DNA of 64,000 nucleotides from the NCBI GenBank assembly GCA_951406725.2, contig OX597832.1:70246001-70310000 (forward strand), written 5' to 3'. This document shows positions 54,470 to 64,000 of the stretch, in pieces (position 1 is the first letter of the stretch; each line of letters starts with the position of its first letter). This DNA is from Octopus vulgaris. Its lineage: Eukaryota. The notes under the pieces were generated by a model. It was not told where the DNA came from. It saw only the letters and a list, made by a program, of their open reading frames with translations, and ran no database searches. The position numbers and the translations under genes are program-made.

Positions 54470-56620
54470 CATTATCATTTTCTTTCTGCATGCCAGAGCC
54501 CTGATTCATTCCAAGTTTTTTGTAAGCTTGCTCCTGCTCGAGTTCTTTTATGACTGTATCAACATCCATCTCTACTGCATGTGAAGTCTTTAGTTTCCCT
54601 TTCTGGAAATTGGCCTTGGCAAATTTGTCAAAACCAACTTCCATCCCGATGTTATCACCGAATGCTTTCACAGTATGTAGTAGTTTTTCAAGCTCATTAT
54701 CGTCTGTGCCATAGGGTGTAAAGTCATCCATATAAATTAGATGAATTATTTTCTTGTAGCTAATTTTATGTCCATAACCTGTGCTGTTAAGTTCACATGT
54801 AAGGAGTATTAGGACTATACAAAAAATTAAAGGTGAAAGTTAGTCACCTTGGAAAATGCCGTAGTGGATTTTAATATTTTTTGTGGTCAGTATTTCATTA
54901 GAGAGGTATAATTGGAGGTTCGTATACCACACTGACATGAGCTTCATAAAATTTGAAATCACACGAGAAATTTTGAAGATATCCAGTGATTTCAAGCTCC
55001 ATGTATGCAGTATACTGTAAAAGGCCTTTCTATAATGAATCCATGCAAAACTGAGATTTCTGCGTTTGTTATGACAGATCTCAAGGATCATATGATTGCA
55101 TTCATATGAGCCTCGTAGGCACCCTTTTTGTTGGGTGGGAAAATTATTGTTAGATAACAGTATGGACCGATAGTTTGGGGGAAATTTGATTTCATTATTT
55201 TTCGGGAATAGGTAATACCACTTGCTAACCAATCGGGTTTTTTCGTAGGATATTGAATAACTGGACTAACTTTCTGCGTGCGCACAGGAGCGATACGAGC
55301 CAGAAATTTGGCACCCTGTCATAATCAGGGGATTTTCACTTATGAGCCTTCCTGAGTGTCATCATTAGGTCTGGTATTGTGATATCTTCCCATGCTTGTT
55401 CAGGTAAGTTTTTTAGAATCCTTCTGTGCGTCTAATCCACTTTACATTTTCATTGTAAGTCTTTTCATCACTCCAGATATTTTTCCAAAAGTGTTCAACT
55501 TCTTTCATGGTGGGGATGTGAGTCTTCAACGGTTATTTTCTCCTTTTTATTTCTCTGTAGAATGCTTTCGCATTGGATGTGAACAGCTTAATTTGGATGT
55601 AAAACTTGTTTCTCTTCTCAGATCTTCGTATTCTTTGAGCTTTCGCTTGAACTTTTTGTTGCAGTGTTTCTTTTGCTGAAAGCAGTTCTTCTCTTGGTGA
55701 GAATCTATTTTCTCTTCATCTTTCTTCCTTTTCTGCTTTTTACATCGTTTTCACAAATTATCTCTTTCAATATTGATATTTCATCTGTCATTATTTTAAT
55801 CACTTTCTCAATTTTCTAGACCAGAATATTCTTCTCAGGCTTGTATTTCTTTGTTTTCTTTTTTGTTTGTTTTTATTTTTGAAGGGACATACAATTGGTT
55901 TCAATTGTCTTATCAGCCACCTAAATAATTTAGCTTAATTCAGTGAGAACTGCTTTTAGTTTTTTTACAATTTCATTTGTTACATATTTTTCAATTTTAA
56001 TCGACTTTCTGCTTCAGTTCTGTCATAGACTCTCTGTGTCCTTTAGTAAATGTGTAGTCTTCAAATATTGTTTCGTTGCCACTTTCCTCGCTCTGTTTAT
56101 CAGGATCATTTTGCAATTTACTTCTTCAGATGTTTGCGTATTCTGTTCAGATGGTAGTCTTTCAATTGAAACCCCCGGAGAGTCGCTCTCTTCGTTTAGT
56201 TCTTTTATTTCCTTCCCAACTTATATTTAGATCATTTTCCACTGCGTGTTTGATCGAGGTTATTTCATTATCTGGGAGCCTTTAATTTCTGAAGTTATCC
56301 TTCCTAATATCTACTTGTTTTCATCTAAATGTAGTCTGCTGTCTTCATTTCGTGTTCTCCATATTTGCTAAGAGTGTGCAGCATGTTTCCCTTCAGATGG
56401 CCTGTCTAATGCATAGTAATAAGCGTATAATGCTTCTATATGCTCTTCTCGGATCCATTTGATCCTCTTAGAATTTTATTTCTGTAGTGGGTGTGGTGGT
56501 GGACTTGAAAGGCGCGATTTGGAGTAGTTCCCGTTCAAGTGATCATTCAGAGAAAAGCTTGTGCCAGCGGATGACTTTTCGACAACAGGCTGGCTCTCTC
56601 CTAGAGGACGCGCTTCCAGA
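54470..56620 (-). mobile_element. R4/Dong-type retrotransposon 5' two-thirds (N-terminus plus RT), decayed
   Basis: KRIKWIREEHIEALYAYYY; PPNYRSI; QQKGC; AWIHYRKAFYSI.H.W; GIFQGD*LSPL; FMDD..VKAFGDNIGMEVGFDK. Confidence 0.88.
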
Positions 56621-57544
56621 TTAAACATAGGACAAGAGATTTGGTGTACTGTCGTAGTTTTCCTTTCTAAGGCATATTTGTGCTACGTTAAAACTACCAA
56701 CATTGAACCCTGTGTGGCAAATGTAGAGACGGCTGTTGTCTCTGTCACTATTATCAACTTTACCATTAATACTGTTACAGTTGCTTTAACCTCGCCATCA
56801 CCACATTGTTCATCGTTAGTTACCACCAATAATGCCTTGATCTGTATGGTTGTGGCTAACCTTTGTAGCCATGGTGACAGTATAACCGTTATTTAGTTAA
56901 GTCTGCCCTCTTTGCTCCTACTACCGTGTGGTAAAATTAAATGCTTAGTTTCAACATTTGTACTTGAGATAATCATAAATATGTGAGGATTGGAGGGGAT
57001 AGTAGGAGAAATAGAAGCAGTTGCTGAATAAACCATATTCCACAGATCTGTAAAAAGGTGGATGATGAGAAGGAGATCAACAATGGGGCTTTGCATTCCT
57101 GTACGATCAGGAGGCAAAAGAAGCGTCAAACCTTTGTGATCAGCAGAGGTCAAATGTGTTTACTACTACAAGCGATCAATGAGAGCGCTAAACTTGGTCT
57201 TGGAAAAAACAATTCATCTTGTTCTGTTTTAACTACTCATAGGAAAATGATAATATATATATATATATACTGATGTTTACATCGTTGAAGATTTTAATTG
57301 TTGAGGTTTATTGAATTTTTATTATTAATATTAATATTTATGTACGTCATTATTGTCACTGGTTTCTAACCCGGACCAGCAAATTTGAGGAGAGAAGATT
57401 GATCGGTGGCATGGACACCACTACTCGATTAGTGCTCAATAAAATAAAATAGTATTGAAGTACTGTGGCCAAGATTGTCGAGTAAAATCCTAAAAGTTAC
57501 TGGCATTGCGCCAAACATTTGAAGCATCATCATTATTATTATTA

Positions 57545-57650
<106 letters not shown>

Positions 57651-57664
57651 TATTATTATTATAT

Positions 57665-57880
57665 GAAAACTCACAGCTTATTTTGCTGTGTAACATGCAA
57701 ACTAAAATGACATTTGTTTACTGGTCTTACTTCAAGAGACCTGTGAGGAATTCTTGTAGTTCCAAGCAATGATGATTTTTGTAAGTGTTCTACCTTTAGA
57801 CTAGCACCAGTCATTTTCAACCATTGTTGATAGTTAAGTGCTGATACTTCCAAGAGCACCAATTACTATTGCTGTCATGT
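57665..57880 (-). mobile_element. R4/Dong-type 3' fragment (same family as 42585) ending in (TAA)n
   Basis: VIGALGSIST; LKVEHLQKSSLLGTTRI; adjacent (TAA/TGA)n at 57526-57660. Confidence 0.8.
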
Positions 57881-57982
57881 CTACTCTCTTCATACCACAA
57901 CATTCGTATTATTATAGGTGTTTCAAAGAGAATTTAAGAGATTTAAAAAGCACTTGTAGATTTATCATATATATGCATATAC

Positions 57983-58053
<71 letters not shown>

Positions 58054-58583
58054 ATAAATATCATATATGTTTGTGTTTGTGTGTACGTGTGGGTATAATA
58101 TGATATACATGTGTGTCTGTGTGTGTGTGTGTGTCTGTGTCTGTGTGTGCGTGTGTGTTTGAGTGTGTGTGTGTATATATATATCATATATTTATCTCCC
58201 CTTTCTGTACCCTTATGATAAGTATAAAATTCAATTCTATATCTATCTACCGTTATTTAACGCCGGCAACCACCTACACTATTATTGCTGTTATTTTCAA
58301 ATATTTTTTTATTTATCGCAGACAATAATAATATCTCTATACGCATTTGAATATTTATTCCTTATGTATGTATGTATATATATATATATATATATTAAAT
58401 TAGAGATAAAACCACTATTAGGCAAATCAAACAGTGAAAAACATAAACTAATAAATAGAAATAAAATTAATTAATACAATATACAAAATATATAAAATAT
58501 AAAATTCTAAATTTAAATTATTTAAATTTAAATTTAGAGTTAAAATTTTAAAAATTACTTAAGTTATTAATTTATACTTATAA

Positions 58584-58623
<40 letters not shown>

Positions 58624-58796
58624 TCTATTTTTATTAATTATATATATATATATATAACTATCAAAAATAATTAAAAAGTTTAATATAAGATAAAGAGTAA
58701 AACCACTACGATCGTTTCATACCCATAATCAAATTCGAATAACAATAATTTAAATTCAATATATATATTAATATTTTAATATTTTTATTAGTAATA

Positions 58797-59420
58797 ATAA
58801 ACGTTTCGAGCGGAGCTCTTCGCCGGAAACATAGGAGAAGGAAAGATCCAGAGATGGGAAGACAGAGGAAAAAAAATCACCAACGGTACACACGCGGTCA
58901 CATCTTGTATGTATGCGCGTGTGTGTATGTATTTATGTCAGTTTGAATATATATGTACTATGATTTGAGTATGTGTTTATATTCATATCTATGTTTGTAT
59001 CTGTTGTGGATATGAGGTGGTGAAAGTTGATTACTGATGTTGGTGGTTGGTGAAATCCTTTGACTTGTCCCTTTTATCTGCTGGTAAGTATGCTATGTAG
59101 TTGATGACATTTTAAGTACACTCCCTGACACCACTGTGTCTATAGACACGTCAGCTTATTTTGCTGTCAAAGTTGAACCATGAATTAATTTAGATTAAAT
59201 AATTTACATTTTTCCATTGTATGATTTTCTATATTTGTTTGTTAATTGCCTGTTTTAGACCCCGTCTTCTAATCTGGAACTTGCATATCTATAGTACCCT
59301 GTCAGTACTTGAAGTCTACAATGTTATTCTATTTCCCTGGTGGGTTCTGTGAGTTTGTATGTAGCCACTTTGTGGCATCTGACATGTTGATGGGTACTGA
59401 TTCTTAAGAGACCTTTATAT
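58797..59420 (-). mobile_element. PLE family B 3' UTR fragment with mutated HHR
   Basis: 58801-58905 is homologous to 13873-13965; reverse complement ccggcga-a-gagc(tcc)gctc-GAAA-cgtt; extent beyond 58910 uncertain. Confidence 0.65.
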
Positions 59421-59583
59421 GTTCCGAGTTCAGATTCCGCCGAGGTCGACTTTGCCTTTCATCCTTTCGGGGTCGATAAATTAAGTACCAGTTACGCACT
59501 GGAGTCGATGTAATCGACTTAATCCCTTTATTTGTCTTTGTTTGTCCCCTCTGTGTTTAGCCCCTTGTGGGTGGTAAAGAAAT
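59421..59583 (+). mobile_element. 5'-truncated SINE family 2
   Basis: ttccgccgaggtcgactttgcctttcatcctttcggggtcgataaattaagtaccag. Confidence 0.85.
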
Positions 59584-59793
59584 ATATATCTATATCATAT
59601 GTGTGTGTGTGATTCCCACCACTGCTTGACAACTGGAGTTGGTTTCTTTATGTCCCCCAAATAGACAAAATAAGTACCAGGTTTAATAAGTACTGGTGTT
59701 AATTTATTCAACTAACCCCTCCAACACAGTACTGCAGCATGGCTGCAGTTCAATGGCTGAAGTAAGTAAAAAGATAAAATATATAGTAAAATA

Positions 59794-60200
59794 TAGGCGC
59801 AGAAGTGGCTGTGTGGTAAGTAGCTTGCTAACCAGCTGCATGGTTCCGGGTTCAGTCCCACTGCGTGGCATCTTGGGAAAGTGTCTTCTGATATAGCCTC
59901 GGGCCGACCAATGCCTTGTGAGTGGATTTGGTAGACAGAAACTGAAAGAAGCCTGTCGTATATATGTATATATATATATATGTATGTGTGTATGTGTTTG
60001 TGTGTCTGTGTTTGTCTCTCTAGCATTGCTTGACAACCAATGCTGGTGTGTTTACGTCCCCGTCACTTAGCGGTTCGGCAAAAGAGACCGATAGAATAAG
60101 TACTGGGCTTACAAAGAATAAGTCCCGGGGTCGATTTGCTCGACTAAAGGCGGTACTCCAGCATGGCCGCAGTCAAATGACTGAAACACGTAAAAGAGTA
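59794..60200 (+). mobile_element. Full-length SINE family 3
   Basis: tRNA-like head taggcgcagaagtggctgtgtggtaag..ggttcagtccc; internal (TA/TG)n; tail gactgaaacacgtaaaag. Confidence 0.9.
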
Positions 60201-60465
60201 ATAATGAATAATTAATTAGATATTTATTAAACTTGAATATATATTTATTGATAGAGATAATTTTAGATCTTAATACTTATATTTATATAATATGATATTA
60301 TATATGAAACGATCGTAGTGGTTTTACTCTTTATCTTATATCAAACTTTTTAATTCTTTTTGATAGTTATATTTATATATAAAAATTTATATAATTATAT
60401 TTATATTTATATATCCATATTTCTCGTTGGCTAACTAATAACTTTCAAAAATTGTATAGTTAAGA

Positions 60466-60519
<54 letters not shown>

Positions 60520-60988
60520 TTATTTGTGGTTTCTTACCTTAAAAATTAATACTTAAAAATTAATATTTAACATTATAATCGATTGTATGACATAATCATA
60601 ATCGTTAATATTTCTAGTTTGATAATAGAGTTTTTTATAAGAAAAATTATTATTTTATTTATTTCTTAAAAAATATTGTTTAAATATTTTTGATTATTTA
60701 TTTAAATATTATCATTAACCTGAAGAATGACTATAACCATAATTCGAATTATAGATTGAATTTAAATTATTGTTATTCGAATTAGATTATGGACATGAAA
60801 CGATCATAGTGATTTTACTCTTTATCTTATATTAAACATATATAGATGTATGTATGTATGTATGCATGTATGTATGTATGTATGTGTGTATGTATGTATG
60901 TAAGTATATATGCATATATGTATATATACATGCACACACACACAGATATTAACACATATATATATATATACATACGTATACATATGTT

Positions 60989-61019
<31 letters not shown>

Positions 61020-61077
61020 GAGCGTACATGTATTAGTATACATATATGTATGTATCTACCTACCTATCTACTAATCA

Positions 61078-61109
<32 letters not shown>

Positions 61110-61110
<1 letters not shown>

Positions 61111-61560
61111 GAAGTGTGAAATTAATTAATTTGGAATAATTATCAATTACACCAAGTAGTCTTCGGCATGTAAAAGCCTCATTCGAGGAAAATTTAAGTA
61201 ATACTAAGCAATAAAGGGTTTAGCAACGAATTGCCTTACCACAGACCGAATTTAGAAATAGCAGTCAAAGAGTTCTAGCTATTTCTTCTACTAAAAGGGA
61301 GATCTCAGTAAAAAACACAGCAATTGGAAGGCAGACACAAACAGGTAAGAGAGAATGAATTGACGGCAATCTATCATACAATTTTAAATGATAGATTGCC
61401 GTCAATTCATTCTCTCTTACCTGTTTGTGTCTGCCTTCCAATTGCTGTGTTTTTTACTGAGATCTCCCTTTTAGTAGAAGAAATAGCTAGAACTCTTTGA
61501 CTGCTATTTCTAAATTCGGTCTGTGGTAAGGCAATTCGTTGCTAAACCCTTTATTGCTTA

Positions 61561-61564
<4 letters not shown>
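61110..61564. mobile_element. Perfect 177-bp hairpin element with 10-nt loop and ~90-bp tail, in (TA)n
   Basis: 61201-61377 is the exact reverse complement of 61388-61564. Confidence 0.9.
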
Positions 61565-61609
<45 letters not shown>

Positions 61610-62224
61610 TTATATATAGTTATATATTTATCTATATTTGTGTGTAAATGTGTATGTGTATGTGTGTATGCGTGCGTGTGTGCGAATATGCGTGTTGTAT
61701 CACAGTACATCAATGTATCGCTGTTAGTGTGTCAGTCTTCTCTCTTGCAGTTCTCAGTAAATTTAATTGTTAATTTCTATGATGAGTTATTTTAATTGCC
61801 ACAGTTAATTACCATTTTTCATTTATGTTCATTAATGAGTTAAACGTATCATAAATGGCCCAAAAGAGTTTGAAAGAACTTTTTCCGAAATGTGTACCAT
61901 CATACACAGCATGAATGAAAAGCTGAATCTCAGCGGGTGGGAAAATCACGCAACATTTCTGAATTTTAAAATATCAATAGTCATTGACGATCAATTTCAT
62001 AATTTCATGGTGATGATTGTCTAGGCAGTAGGCGGCTCTGTGACACCGTGTGGCAGCGTGTGACGTACTGTGGTGTGCTCCATGCTTTATGTTCGTCTAT
62101 ATGTTTGAAAGAGTTCAACTTACACATTTCGTTACGTTATTACTTAAGATGTGGTCGTCTTTACTCTCTTCCTCTATTTTTCTTTCACTTTCTCTTTCCC
62201 TCACGCTTTCTCTCTCTTTCTCAT

Positions 62225-62332
<108 letters not shown>

Positions 62333-62452
62333 TTAAATTTTTTTAAAATTTTCTCCTGGTTTACAGAATTAACTTTTATTTGCGGTTGAAGCTTTGGCTG
62401 TTATTTCTAGTGGATGAATGGCCTATTATGGCCGTTCCTTGATTGTTGATGT

Positions 62453-62516
<64 letters not shown>

Positions 62517-62532
62517 TGTATATATGTATATC

Positions 62533-62900
62533 TCTATACTATAATTCTGAAATGCAAAAAGTTTGTTTGTCTGGTTTTGGCGTTGAGAACGGGTTAAAGG
62601 GCACTAGAACCCGTCGGATTGACTCCAAAATTTACAGGGACATGTAAAATGAGGTGAGGACGCCAGTAGGCTAGGTTAGAAATCTCCATCTTAAAAGGTG
62701 TCGTTGCTAGGGCGAAAAACGCACACTTTAACAAGTCTCCTCTCATTCTTTTATCTTCCCCCATCTCTCTCTCTCTCTTTCCTCCCTTCCTTTCACATTC
62801 TCTCTATAACGTCATTTGATAGCATCTACTATCTTTCCTCCGCCGCCTTCAATATTTTTACGCTTTTTAAACCCTTCGTCGTTATTCTCATTCACTCATT
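62533..62900 (+). mobile_element. Helitron 5' fragment
   Basis: TCTATACTATAATT...gtttgtttgt 5' signature next to (TA)n; no 3' CTRR hairpin seen. Confidence 0.5.
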
Positions 62901-63050
62901 ATTACTTTCTCTCTCCTCCTCTCTCTCTATATATATAGAGAAAGATTCTCATGATTGTGTGGTGGTGGTGATGGCGATGATAATACTCTCTATGAATGCA
63001 GACAGACGTAGAGAGAGAGGGAGATAGTGAGTCCTGATTGGAAGAAGAAG

Positions 63051-63081
<31 letters not shown>

Positions 63082-63139
63082 GGAAAGAAGAAGGAGAAGA
63101 AGAAGAAGAAGAAGAAGAAGAAGAAGAAGAATGCTTCGT

Positions 63140-63204
63140 AAAAAGTGAAACCGGTAAAGTAAATAAACATGTTTTAAAATTGCATTTTCAAACTTTCTTT
63201 CATA
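63140..63204 (+). mobile_element. Very short 3' fragment of PLE family A
   Basis: aagtgaaaccggtaaagtaaataaacatgttttaaaattgcattttcaaactttctttc matches 4822-4879; sits between (GAA)n and (TA)n. Confidence 0.85.
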
Positions 63205-64000
63205 TATATAATATATATATATATTTATATAAATGCATATATATATGTATATGTGCATATATATATATGCATATATGTATGCATATATAAGTGTGTGTGT
63301 GTGTACATATGAACAGATAGATATGTAGAGATAAACACATATACATGTATATCACAAGAATATTACTGCAAACTTGTGTGAAAGTGGTGCCGGAAGTGGC
63401 ATACAGACCATCATATAACTTTTTTGACACGCGCTTGGCGTTATTATTCTTCTCTTCTATTTTACGGATTCAGTGGTACATTCACGTTGCGTATTCTTAC
63501 TTCTCTTTCCGGTTCCTACTAAAATCTCTTTACTGATCACAACCACCTCACGAACCTGTGGTCTTAAGGGACGCTTCGCGTTCCGATGGTTGTGAAAAAG
63601 TGGTATTACTTATTATTACACCTACTAACTTTAAACAAAGACCACGAAATCATCTTTCTTCCTTCAAATATCGAGAACAAATTAAACGAGCAAGTTTGAG
63701 CGGTTTCATTTGAACTTGAAGGGATAGGATGTGATATTGAATTGGGAATTATCAGTAGTGCCTTACTATACTATATCTACCGGACATTAGATTATGAATC
63801 GCAGCCAGAAATATTATTGTTGCAGATGTGATGCATGATGGTCGTGAAAACAGCACAGTGCAGTTAATATGATACAAAGATCACAGCCTGTCATCGATTA
63901 TCTGATGAGAGCATCCTTGGCATTAACTACCGAAATATTTCTACGTTAAAACGTTTGAAAATTACAACGAAACCAATGTTCTGCTGAGGAAATCCAATAA

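Larger units (their letters stand above)
58393..60840 (+). mobile_element. Second copy of AT-rich PLE family D with nested insertions
   Basis: tagagataaaaccactattaggcaaatcaaacagtgaaaa at 58401; HHR at 60711-60815; HHR halves at 58701-58760 (minus) and 60304-60325. Confidence 0.75.

Noticed and set aside
56561-56896. 111-aa ORF
   Set aside because: Overlaps the antisense 5' end of the Dong remnant and low-complexity sequence; no motif
61455-61495. ctgagat...gaaa-tagcta HHR-like arrangement in the perfect hairpin
   Set aside because: The core is not CUGANGA/UUGANAA and no UH follows the palindrome
63895-63945. ctgatgag...cgaaa hammerhead-like words
   Set aside because: No convincing helix II or helix I pairing

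Overview
AT-rich eukaryotic DNA saturated with microsatellites. The tRNA-derived SINE families and repeat landscape point to a coleoid cephalopod, probably Octopus (inference). There is no intact protein-coding gene, and almost all ORFs in the supplied track are microsatellite artefacts. The window is a patchwork of transposon remnants: (i) at least 6 families of Penelope-like elements (PLEs) sitting in (TA)n tracts, usually as inverted-repeat/hairpin insertions with a short unpaired tail, several carrying minimal hammerhead ribozymes (HHRs); (ii) R4/Dong-type RLE non-LTR fragments, mostly at (TAA)n tracts; (iii) RTE and Hero-like LINE 3' ends; (iv) three tRNA-derived SINE families; (v) a Helitron enclosing a piggyBac fragment; (vi) three stacked Tc1/mariner elements (DD41D, mariner, DD41D). 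One or two possible minus-strand host exons are seen, one with a pentraxin/LamG-like motif. The most interesting signals are variant-core HHRs (U3-A8 covariation, dimer-only helix III) in two PLE families, a strand-specific excess of A/G differences between PLE arms (one hits the ribozyme cleavage site, suggestive of ADAR editing of retroelement RNA), and a recurrent TATA microhomology at the inverted-arm ends. All calls are by eye; no database search was run.
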